Shown here: positions 9,126 through 19,770 of the stretch, in pieces
How the letters are laid out: each line of letters starts with the position of its first letter
Numbering within the stretch: position 1 is the stretch's first letter
From: Octopus bimaculoides
Lineage: Eukaryota
Direction of reading: 5' to 3'
Assembly (NCBI RefSeq): GCF_001194135.2
Contig: NC_068995.1
Location: forward strand, 53,025,995 to 53,058,319
DNA length: 32,325 bases
Notes under the pieces: generated by a model
Databases searched by the model: none
What the model saw: only the letters and a program-made list of their open reading frames with translations
What the model was told of the DNA's origin: nothing
Made by a program: the position numbers and the translations under genes

Positions 9126-10269
9126 TTTTAGAACATTTATTTTACTTTTGGAGTCCCACATAGTCTATTGGACTGGTAGAAACCCCAAGCTTGTAGAACC
9201 TTAAACAACAGCAGCAACAAAAGCAACAACATTTACTAACAATTCTATTATAATATTCTAACAGATCTGATTGGACTGACAAAATTACGGATCTTATTGG
9301 ATTAGTCGACTCTAAGTCAGTGAAGCTTACATTACAGCGTTGACGCCATCTTTGTCGTTATCAGAGTTGAATCATTCGCTTTAAACAATTTATCTTCTGC
9401 TTTCTCCCTTTTGTCAAATTTCCTTTGTCTCTCTCCCTTAGTTTATTATTTATTTGTTCATTTATTTCTATATTCATTTTGTTTATTTATTTTTAGATGC
9501 TACGTTTTTACGTGACATCAAGATTTCTCTTATTTTATGCTAAAGTCGTTTTCTTCTAATTCCTCCATCATCATCATCATCATCATTATCATCATCATCA
9601 TCATCGTCGTCAATATCATCAACATCATCATTATTCGCTTGCGCCCATATTTTAATCTCTCTCTCTCTTTCGCTCTCTCTTTCTCGTTTCCGGCCATTTT
9701 TGGCTCCCATTCGTTTTTTTTTTCTGTCCAACATATTCAAAGCGTTTTAAAGCAAATAAAAATATTTTAATGATCTTTCTAAAAAACAGAATTGAAAATA
9801 GTTTTTTTTTAAACGGTTTTACGTATTTTAATCATTAAATATACATAATTCAAATGCTTACAGTAAATTTTCAGTTTTTCAGCATTTTCTATATTCCTTG
9901 ATTGTTTTTTTTTATTGCTGTCATACCTTGGTGTGTGTGTGTGTGTGTGTATGTGTTTATATGTGTGTGTGTGAGTATTTTTTTAAAGGTGTGTGCGAGT
10001 GCTTATAACACATGAATTTCAAAATCAATTATTAAATACTTGAATTCTTTCTTCAATAAACAAAGCGAAGTTATTAAAACTTTTCATCGGGAATTTTTAG
10101 TTCGTAATTTTGAACATCGTTTTCAAACAGAATCGTTATTATTTAAGCAACACACCTATCGACATCTTGTGGAGGAGGAACAAGATGTTGCGACGCACCG
10201 TTAGAAAACGGCTGATATTTATTAAACCATCCTAAAAGATATAAAAAAATTAACATTATATAACGTATT

Positions 10270-10313
<44 letters not shown>

Positions 10314-11400
10314 TTGCTGCTGCTGCTGCTGCTGCTACTACTACTACTACTACTACTACTACCATTCTGACATTAAAGGCTATTGCTCCCACCGTCACCA
10401 CCAACACCACCAATGTCACACAACTGCAATTATTACCGTCACGCCACCAATATAATTAGGACAAACACTACCATTAAAACTGACACTACCACCTAACTCA
10501 TCAAACCCAATCACATTCACCACTAAAGCACTAACACCATCGTCATCGCACCACTCGCCCGACCATCTGTGGCATTACCACCACTGCCACGACTACTACC
10601 ACCACCACCACCACCACCACTAGCACAAACCACTGCCACCACCACCACCAACACCACACTACCACCGCGACTGCTACCACCGCTACCACCACTACCACCA
10701 CCATGTTGTCATCTTTCAGATCCACTAGTATCTTAACAATCGCCACCACAATCACCACTACAACTACCACCTACACTGTCACTGCCACTATCATCATCAC
10801 CACCCGCACTTCTACCGCTACCACCTCCACCACTGCCACCGCCACTACAAACCACCGCATTTCTTGCAGAGCCATCACCATGCAGACCTCCTCCTCCCTC
10901 TCAGCATTGACACATCCACCGTCACTCCCCCCCCTATCGATATCCCTACCATCACCGCCACCAGCACCGCCACCAGCACCACCATCTCCACCACCATCGC
11001 TGCAACTGCGATCGCTATCACCATCACCGCCACCACCATCACTGTCACCAATCATTATCATCCTCATCAGCAGCAGCAGTAATGCCGTCCCCATCCTCAC
11101 CACCGTCATCAGCATTACCATCAACATCAGCTCACCATAAACGTTGCCATCGCCAACACCAACATCATCATCATCATCAACACCAGCATCAACACCAGCA
11201 TTACCACCACCACCACCACCACTACCACTACTACCACCGCCGCCACTACCGTGATTACCGTCAGATCCAACATCACCAGCGCCGCAAATAACGAACACTA
11301 ACACCACTCCCACCATCACCATTATGAACCGCCACCATCTACTGCATGCCTAGTATGAACCACCAGCACCGCCACCGCTACCGCCACCACCAACACTATT
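10270..11400. repeat. ~1.1 kb degenerate (ACT/GCT/ACC/CAT)n trinucleotide block
   Basis: Directly visible. It explains the poly-T/V/P/G/H ORFs at 10222-11322. Confidence 0.9.
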
Positions 11401-11467
11401 CCCCGCCTCTCCACTATGTAATTCTATGTTCATCTCTAAGAGATTCCCTACAACAGAGCAGACGATC

Positions 11468-11536
11468 CAGAGAGAGAGAGAGACACACACACAGACACAG
11501 ATAGAGAGGGGCAGAAAGAAGAAGAGAGTGAGAAAG

Positions 11537-11582
<46 letters not shown>

Positions 11583-11630
11583 GGAGAGAGAAAAAGGGGG
11601 AATGAAAGAGTAAAAAAGAAAAAAAGAGAC
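11468..11630. repeat. (GA)n/(CA)n purine-rich microsatellite
   Basis: Directly visible. Confidence 0.9.
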
Positions 11631-11769
11631 ACATTATTGATTCTTGGTAAATCAGGTCACAACGTTAAACGTTTGTTTGAAATAAACGCAGAGAGCGGTC
11701 TGGGCAGAGCTACACCCTATCTTTTGGAGTTTTATTATCTATCTACCTATCTACTTATTTCAATGAATA

Positions 11770-12157
11770 CACCCACACCCACACCCACACACACACACAC
11801 ACATATATGTATTTATGTATATACAAATATGCGCAGTGCACACACTTGTAATACACCCATTTTATTCATATACGGACACACGCACAGATACGTATAATAT
11901 ATAATTTATATATATATATATATATATATATACGCATACACACACACAGACACACACACACACACACACAAAGACATTTATTATATAAGGCTCTTATACA
12001 CACACATATATATAAGAATGGTTGCATTCATGTTTTAGGTGCAAGCGTGCGCATGTATATATGAATGTATCTAGGTACACGTGCATATATATATATATAT
12101 ACACACATATATATATATATACATACAAACAAACGTGTATATATATATGTATGTATG

Positions 12158-12194
<37 letters not shown>

Positions 12195-12235
12195 GCACAC
12201 GCATGTAGATATGTATGCATGTATCATGTATTTGC
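11770..12235. repeat. (CA)n/(TA)n/(TATG)n compound microsatellite region
   Basis: Directly visible. Confidence 0.9.
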
Positions 12236-12849
12236 ACAACAAATAGAGAATCGATTATTTGAAATAAAACACATTACAACTCCATTTTGCCCTATCTCAG
12301 TCAACTACCCATCTCACCACCTGGCGGCGCTGTTGTAGGCAACAGAGCGGACATTGCATCTGCATAACACATCTAAATATATCTCTTGCCGTTGATACCA
12401 CTGAAAAATCTGTTGATTTCCTTTATTGATCCTGTATCCATTGTGATGCAATATCATGTACATGTTTGTATGCCTTGTCCTTCAACAGAATCATGTTGTT
12501 CTTTGTATAGAAACCGTTTATTTATAAATTGCGGACAGATAGAGGGACGAGTGGCTAATACATAGGGTGACGGACAACAAGTTAATAAGAGGTTTGCGGT
12601 TCGCTATACTATCCTGGGTCAACCGGATTGTATTTGATTTGGAGACGCTAAATTCTCAAAGGATGGTTCTATAAGTCGAATTACTGCGGTCGTTGTCGTT
12701 GTTGCAGTCGTTGTTGTTCAGTTGCAAGCATAACGACTAATTATGGGAAGACTAAGCTGCAAAATTCTGCTGTAGCGGAACACGCTGGAGCCAAATGCAA
12801 AACAATGTACTTAAAAAAAAACTATTTGTAGAAAGGGTGTGGCCAAGTG

Positions 12850-13035
12850 TTGTATGATGCTGCACCCATGTTCATTAGATCGTGGTTTAGATTCCTGGAC
12901 TGGGTGGTACGTCGAGCTCATGAACAAAACGTTTCGTCCTTACATTAACTGCGCCGGTACATGCAGCTACAAATGAGATCCAGCAAGAGATGGTGAGTTA
13001 ACCCTGCGACGGACTGGTGTCCCTTTCAGAGGTTG
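12850..13035 (+). mobile_element. Old SINE-like relic with a conserved central-domain-type segment
   Basis: gcagctacaaatgagatccagcaagagatggtgagttaaccctgcgacggactggtgtccctttcagagg resembles the 'aaccctgcgatggactggcgtccc(a/g)tccaggg' segment I recall from widely distributed metazoan SINEs. Single copy in the window. Confidence 0.5.
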
Positions 13036-13059
13036 TACTGTGATCTTAGCCATTTGGCA

Positions 13060-13176
13060 CTTCGTCGTTTATGACAAAGATTGTTCCATTTGATCTTATC
13101 AACGGAATAACCCGCTCGTGAAATTAGCATGCAAGTGGCTGAGCACTCCACAGACACGCGTACCCTTAACGTATTC
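13060..13176. mobile_element. Fragment of another octopus-type SINE (family D)
   Basis: gatcttatcaacggaataacccgctcgtgaaattagcatgcaagtggctgagcactccacagacacgcgtacccttaacgta matches a repeat I recall from Octopus sequence. Not verifiable within the window. Confidence 0.55.
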
Positions 13177-13269
13177 CTCGGCGGAATTTGAGCTCAGAAC
13201 GTAAATACTGATGAAATACCGCTAAGCATATTTGTTCGATGCACCAACGATTCTGCCCGCTCGCCGCTT
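13177..13269 (-). mobile_element. SINE family C head fragment
   Basis: cctcggcggaatttgagctcagaacgtaaa...gaaataccgctaagcat...ttctgcccgctcgccgc, homologous to 30561-30680. Confidence 0.85.
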
Positions 13270-13317
13270 TATGGTTCTGGTTTTGGCATCAGTTCCAGCC
13301 AAAAGAAACTTATGCCA

Positions 13318-13504
13318 AAGGTTAGGACGTAAGTCGATTACATCGATCAAAGTGATGAACTGGTGTCTATTTAACGACTCCGAAAGGATGAAAGGCAAAG
13401 TCGACCTTTGCGGAATTTGAACTCATATATATATGTAAAAACGGACGAAACGTCGCTAAGCGCTATTTTCCGGTTTGCTAACGATTCTGCCAGCTCGCTG
13501 CCTT
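13318..13504 (-). mobile_element. SINE family C
   Basis: aagtcgattacatcgatc...cgaaaggatgaaaggcaaagtcgacctttgcggaatttgaactc...ctgccagctcgctgcctt. Confidence 0.88.
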
Positions 13505-13534
13505 AACAACAACAACAACAATAACTTTTCATTT

Positions 13535-13680
13535 AGTTATAAGGATAGAAATTTGTGGGGAAGGGTAACCGCCGAGGATAACCCCTCCAGCACTTGATTA
13601 GTTCTTTGTTATATTCACCAAAGAAAAAAATAACGACACCTCGATGGAATCTGAACATAAAAGCGTGGAACTAGATTCCC
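13535..13680 (-). mobile_element. SINE family C, strongly diverged
   Basis: gaaatttgtggggaaggg...ccagcacttga...acctcgatggaatctgaac. Confidence 0.5.
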
Positions 13681-14115
13681 CAAACAATTTATTTTATCTC
13701 CTTCTCTGCAGACTGTGCCACAAAATTCTGGATAAAGAAAGATTGGTCACTTACACTTTCCATATGAAATAATCGACCTGACACCTAGTGTCAATTAAGG
13801 GGACATAACTGAACTCCGCCATGATTTTGTTTGGTCCTGTTCCTCCCTTAAATACCCTTGTATGTTTTAAAAGTTTATTGCGATGATTTTTTCATTAGTA
13901 CGAAATCATCTGAAGGGCTCCATGGTAATTTATGAGACGAGTAAATGTATATAAATAAGGTCTATGAACGCCCCTTTTAACAGTGAGAATAGCGAAATGT
14001 TCTTTACGGTGTTTGCTTTTCATCTCACCGGAAGCTGTAAACTAAGTGCCTACCATAAATATATTGATGACATAGATATCGATTAGGTGTGACAGACTGA
14101 CTTTTGCAAAACCGG

Positions 14116-14660
14116 TATTGTATGTATGTATGTATGTATGTATGTATGTATGTATGTATGTATGTATGTATGTTTGTGTATGTATGTGTATGTATGCTAT
14201 GTTTATGTAGATATAGTTGTGTATGTATGATGTATGAAGATGTATGTATACGTATATATGTACGCAGGTATGTATATGTCTGTATGTACAATTTGTATGC
14301 CGTATGCATGTTTGTGCGTCCACTATCTTTCTTTCTCTCCTTCTTTCTTTCTGTCTTTCAATCTCTCTCTTCCTCCCCCCCCCCACACCTCTGTCTCTCT
14401 CTAAATGCATAAATGTCTATATGGGTGTGTGTTTGTTTCATGTGATCTGTGAAAGAAAGAGAACGGCAGTGGGATATACAGCGGTATATAGAGATAGATT
14501 GAGAGAGAGAGAGAGGAAATCATACGTACGTTGAAATATATAGACAGACAGACAAACAGACAGACAACGAGCCAGCTTGACAGACAGACAGGCAGACAGG
14601 CAGAAAGACAGACAGACTGATAGGCAGCTAGACAGTAGACAAGCAACCGGATAGACAAAA
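14116..14660. repeat. (GTAT)n, (CT)n, (GA)n and (GACA)n microsatellite cluster
   Basis: Directly visible. Confidence 0.9.
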
Positions 14661-15150
14661 TTAATCAGCGACCAGACAGCAGATAGTATTTGCATAAAGA
14701 ATAAAGAAGGAGACCCAAGCAATACGTTATGCTGGTCAAAGATTTGCGACTTTTCTTTCGCCCTTTTGCTTTCCTTTCTGAAAAGGGTGAATTGATACAA
14801 ACTACTAATCCCTAAATAGAAATACTTAGGGATTTATAGGAGACCAACTTTAAAGGGCAAATAAAACGAATGGTGTCCAACACACAACTTGAGGTTCCAA
14901 TATTGAGATGACGATCAGCTTAACATAAGGTGTCGAATGGGTGAAACCCGAGTACTTTACGCATACAACACACACACACACACACACACGCGCGCACAAG
15001 GACGCACACAAGCCTGATCCTTGGTATGTCTTTCATCATCATCATCATCATCATCATCATCGCGACAACATCATAGTTTTCATCTCATGACAGTCGACCC
15101 CCGTTAAGGTTATCTTTCTCCTCCTTTATCAGTTATTGATTTCAAAGTTT

Positions 15151-15357
15151 GGCACAAGGCCAGCAGTTTTGGCGGGGAAGAGGCTAAGTCGATTTGATCG
15201 ACCCTAGTGCGTAACTGGTATTTATTTTATCGGTCACGAAAAGGTGAAAGACAAGCATCGACCTCGGCGGAATTTGAACTCAGAACGTAAAGACGGACGA
15301 AATGCCGCTATGCGTTTTGTCCGGCATGCTAACGATCCTGTTATAGTTCACCGCCTT
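15151..15357 (-). mobile_element. SINE family C, near full-length
   Basis: ggcacaaggccagcag...gatcgaccctagtgcgtaactggta...cgacctcggcggaatttgaactcagaacgtaaagacggacgaaatgccgcta...ccgcctt. Confidence 0.92.
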
Positions 15358-15564
15358 TCTTGTCCATCATATATTAAGAACTTTAGTCAAAGTCTCTGTC
15401 TGTCCGTTTGTCAGTCCGTCCATCCGTCTGTCTGTCTGCCTGACTGTCGGTCGGGGAGATTTTTGCGTCACCAACCCGCTCCGTTACGTCATTTATTAGT
15501 TTCTGTTCAGAAAGACAGGACGATGTCATCTCTCCTTTGCCTCACTCTCGCTGTGTCATTACTC

Positions 15565-15925
15565 NNNNNNNNNNNNNNNNNNNNNNNNNNNNNNNNNNNN
15601 NNNNNNNNNNNNNNNNNNNNNNNNNNNNNNNNNNNNNNNNNNNNNNNNNNNNNNNNNNNNNNNNNNNNNNNNNNNNNNNNNNNNNNNNNNNNNNNNNNNN
15701 NNNNNNNNNNNNNNNNNNNNNNNNNNNNNNNNNNNNNNNNNNNNNNNNNNNNNNNNNNNNNNNNNNNNNNNNNNNNNNNNNNNNNNNNNNNNNNNNNNNN
15801 NNNNNNNNNNNNNNNNNNNNNNNNNNNNNNNNNNNNNNNNNNNNNNNNNNNNNNNNNNNNNNNNNNNNNNNNNNNNNNNNNNNNNNNNNNNNNNNNNNNN
15901 NNNNNNNNNNNNNNNNNNNNNNNNN
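15565..15925. other. Assembly gap (N)
   Basis: N run. Confidence 1.
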
Positions 15926-15947
15926 CTCTCTCTCTCTCTCTCTCCCT

Positions 15948-16182
15948 TCTACTCTTTTATTTGTTTCAGTCATTTGACTGCGGCCATGTTGGAGCACCGC
16001 CTTTAGTCGAACAAATCGACCCCAGGACTCATTCTTTGTAAGACTAGTACTTATTCTATCGGTCTATTTTGCCGAAGCGCTAGGTTACGGAGACGTAAAC
16101 ACACCAGCATCGGTTGGTAGACCGAACCCAGAACTCTGTGGCTGGTAAGCAAGCTACTTACAACACAGCCACTCCTGCGCCT
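15948..16182 (-). mobile_element. SINE B (15948-16116) fused directly to a SINE A head (16117-16182)
   Basis: ttgtttcagtcatttgactgcggccatgttggagcaccgcctttagtcg...acaccagcatcggttg | gtagaccgaacccagaactctgtggctggtaagcaagctacttacaacacagccactcctgcgcct. Confidence 0.9.
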
Positions 16183-16204
16183 GTATGTTGGGTTTTTTTT
16201 TCGT

Positions 16205-16400
16205 GTATATGTTTCTGTCATTATTCTGGAGCAATGCTGGGGTACCTGGGGTACCGGCTACAAAGACTTATTCAATCAAATAGACCCCATATTATTTTAA
16301 GTCTGGTACTATTTTACAATATCCTTTTACTGAACTAATCGCTCGATTATGTACGCTTAAATACAACACCGATCGTCAGGCGGTAAGAGGAGCACACACA
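16205..16400 (-). mobile_element. SINE family B, diverged
   Basis: tttctgtcattattctggagcaatgctggggtacc...ttaagtctggtactatttt...caacaccgatcgtcaggcggt. Confidence 0.6.
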
Positions 16401-16669
16401 CACACACCGGTCAGGCAACGACACACTTTTCTCCGAACTATCTACTCCTCCTTACTTATCCTCTTCTCTGGACTTTTCCCCCTTTCCGATGAAAAGCCAT
16501 GCTCAAAACGTCATTTCAACTCCTATTTTTCCATCTAAAACCTTCACTTTAGCATTTGTCTGATATATTCCCCGTGTATTTCCAATTGACTTCTGTTGTA
16601 TTTTCCTGTCTTTTCTTTCCTTTTTGTTCTTGTGTCTGCTAACATATCTGTAAGATATCTGTAAATGCC

Positions 16670-16760
16670 ACAGGCTTCCTTCAGTTTCTATCGACAAAAT
16701 CCACTCACAAGTCTTTGGTTTGCCCGAGGCTATTGCAGAAGACACTCGACCAAGTGGGGC
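16670..16760 (-). mobile_element. SINE family A fragment
   Basis: ggcttccttcagtttctatcgacaaaatccactcacaagtctttggtttgcccgaggctattgcagaagacactcgaccaag. Confidence 0.8.
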
Positions 16761-16892
16761 GCCTACAGAGAATTCACAAACTACATATGTTCATGCATTG
16801 AATAACACATCTTCACCTCGTAAATTGAGATATGACAATATGGAATTGTCGACCGTTAGGGAGGGAACGGACAAGAAAACAAGCAAACTAAA

Positions 16893-16894
16893 GA

Positions 16895-16949
<55 letters not shown>

Positions 16950-17481
16950 NNNNNNNNNNNNNNNNNNNNNNNNNNNNNNNNNNNNNNNNNNNNNNNNNNN
17001 NNNNNNNNNNNNNNNNNNNNNNNNNNNNNNNNNNNNNNNNNNNNNNNNNNNNNNNNNNNNNNNNNNNNNNNNNNNNNNNNNNNNNNNNNNNNNNNNNNNN
17101 NNNNNNNNNNNNNNNNNNNNNNNNNNNNNNNNNNNNNNNNNNNNNNNNNNNNNNNNNNNNNNNNNNNNNNNNNNNNNNNNNNNNNNNNNNNNNNNNNNNN
17201 NNNNNNNNNNNNNNNNNNNNNNNNNNNNNNNNNNNNNNNNNNNNNNNNNNNNNNNNNNNNNNNNNNNNNNNNNNNNNNNNNNNNNNNNNNNNNNNNNNNN
17301 NNNNNNNNNNNNNNNNNNNNNNNNNNNNNNNNNNNNNNNNNNNNNNNNNNNNNNNNNNNNNNNNNNNNNNNNNNNNNNNNNNNNNNNNNNNNNNNNNNNN
17401 NNNNNNNNNNNNNNNNNNNNNNNNNNNNNNNNNNNNNNNNNNNNNNNNNNNNNNNNNNNNNNNNNNNNNNNNNNNNNNNNN
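16893..17481. other. (GA)n microsatellite running into assembly gap (N 16950-17481)
   Basis: Directly visible. Confidence 1.
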
Positions 17482-17509
17482 GGTCGTCGTCTTTGTCTTC
17501 TACGTTGTG

Positions 17510-17533
17510 GTAACAGCAGCAGCAGTAGCAGTT

Positions 17534-17611
<78 letters not shown>

Positions 17612-17700
17612 ATTAGAGATAGAGCAACAGAGGTGAATGGGGTCGTGTTGGTGCTGTTGTTGTTGTTGGTGGTGGTGGTGGTGCTGCTGCTACCACTGGC
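17510..17700. repeat. (CAG)n-(TAG)n-(TTG/GTG)n compound repeat
   Basis: Directly visible. Confidence 0.95.
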
Positions 17701-17875
17701 AGTTAGGGACACAACGAGAAGAGGATATCCCAAACAAAGGAGATAAAGCGAGAGGACAGATGGAGAGAGAGAGAGAGAGAGAAGGGGAGAGGGTTGGAAA
17801 AGAAACAGAGAGGTATAGACAGTGAGAAGGAGAGAGAGAGAAAGGGAGGGGTATAAAGGAGAGAGTTGAATATAG

Positions 17876-17911
<36 letters not shown>

Positions 17912-18009
17912 AGAGAGTATAATGGGTAATAGGTTAGGTACCAGCGTCAGAGAGACATGAGAAAAACTGAGGTGTGCTAATGTTGTTGCTGTTGTTGTTG
18001 TTGTTGTTG

Positions 18010-18083
18010 TTGTTTAGCCCAGGTTAGTCCTGATTGAGAAGATCTATGATCATAGGCTTACCAGCTTTGACCATCCCGTCTTT
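18010..18083. mobile_element. Probable dispersed-repeat (SINE/LINE tail) fragment next to (TTG)n
   Basis: tttagcccaggttagtcctgattgagaagatctatgatcataggc...gaccatcccgtcttt resembles a repeat I recall from Octopus. No second copy in the window. Confidence 0.35.
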
Positions 18084-18329
18084 ATTCGAGATATCTAGAA
18101 CCACCATTACCGAAAGTCTCGTCAGCATTTTTTAAGACGATGGAGTTTCATTTGAGAACGATTCCTTCCATGTTGAACGTCCATGCAAAGGCTTGTGTGC
18201 GTGTGCATGTGGGTGCGTGTCACGTGGGTATTCGGGTGCATGGAGGCGATTATGCATCTTTTTAGAGTGCAATAGTGTATTTTGCATGTCTTGTTTGGAT
18301 TTCTAGTTTTGTATGTAATGCCTCTGTGT

Positions 18330-18841
18330 TTGTTTGTCTGTGCAAATGTGTGTGTGTGTGTGTGTGTGTGTGTATTTCTGCGTGTGTACTTTGAACGAAC
18401 GTAGGTGTATGTCTGTATGCCTGGCTGTCTGTTCATCTCCCCCTCTCTCTCTCACACTCACTGTCACTGTCTGTCTCTTTAAATGTGATTGTATGTATGT
18501 ATGTATGTATGTATGTGTATGTATGTATGTGTGTGTATGTCTGTATGTGTGTGCATGTGACTATATAACGTGCGTAGGTGTTATGTATGTCTATATGCTT
18601 CACTGCCTACTTGTCTGTCTCTCTATAAATGTGTATGTGTGTACGTATGTATGTATGTATGAATGCATATGTGCGTGTGTGTATGTGTGTGTGTGCGTGC
18701 GTAGGTGAATGCAAGCGTAGGTATATAAGAGTCCGTGAATATCCGTCCTTGAACGAACGGTCGTAAATGTGTCTCAAACAGACGTGGTGGGCGGGAAAGA
18801 CAGAAACGATGGATATAGAAACGGTGTGTTACGGTGTGGAA

Positions 18842-18885
<44 letters not shown>

Positions 18886-19720
18886 CAACATTTGTGTGTT
18901 TTACGTACATGGTAGTGTGTGTGTTGTGTGTGTGCGAGTGTGGTCGAATGACATGGCGGGTGTATATATGTAAATTGTTTGTCAGAAGGAGCGTGCTGAG
19001 AAGACATAGAGAGGGATGGAAGGAGGAGTAGGGTGTCATAATGAGGATTTGAGAGAGGAAGAGGGGAGGAAGGGGAGAGACGTGTGGAGCAGTAAAATAA
19101 TGGAGGAACTGAAAGGTGTGTGTAGGCGTGTGTAGGTGTCTGTGTGTATGTGTGTGTGTGTGTGTGTGTGTAGAGGGTCGTCGAAGTGAGTGTGTGTGTA
19201 TGTGTATGTATTTGTGATATGTATGTGTGTGTGTTTGTAATATGTGTGTGTATGTGTACATGTGTGTGTGTGAGAGAGATATGCATAAAAGTGAAGAGAA
19301 AGAGGAGAAAGAGAAAGAACGACAAACGTTCATATAAAGCTTACAACTTAAAGACAGTATATGTACCTGGTGGCATGTGTGTGTGTGTGTATGTGTGTGC
19401 GTATAAGTGTGTAAGTGTCTGTTTGCGTGTGTGTAGCCTGGACTTAACTATTTATCAGAGTGAGAAAATGAAAGTAAAGAAATCTAAGAGAAAGGGGAAG
19501 AGGAGAGAATATATAAAGGAGAGTAAAAGAGGAGGAGGGAAGAGAAAGAGAGGAAAGGAGGAGAGAGTGGCTGGAGTGAGAGAAGAAGAGAGAGTAAGGA
19601 AGTAAAGAAACAGTATTTAGAGGCGCAAGGCGTGAGAGTCCGTGACATTGAAAAGAGGTTGTGTGTTTGCGCGTGCGTGTATGTGTGAGTGTGTGTATTT
19701 GTGAGATAGGGAGAGAGAGA

Positions 19721-19769
<49 letters not shown>

Positions 19770-19770
19770 G
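18330..19770. repeat. (TG)n/(TATG)n and GA-rich low-complexity region with short unique spacers
   Basis: Directly visible. It explains the poly-HT/CV ORFs. Confidence 0.85.

Noticed and set aside
9265-9343. Acceptor-led short frame SDWTDKITDLIGLVDSKSVKLTLQR*
   Set aside because: Only ~26 codons and unrecognised. The region is better explained as CCAAT-box-rich promoter-like DNA.
10543-11322. Mucin-like Thr/Pro-rich and Gly-rich ORFs
   Set aside because: Degenerate (ACC)n/(CAT)n microsatellite with frame-independent low complexity.
13712-13772. Strong-looking acceptor ttttatctccttctctgcag
   Set aside because: All three downstream frames stop within about 20 codons, there is no good donor, and it adjoins a decayed SINE.
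14807-14834. Hairpin AATCCCTAA/TTAGGGATT containing single telomeric units
   Set aside because: One TTAGGG unit per arm and a 9-bp stem. Expected by chance, and not an interstitial telomere array.
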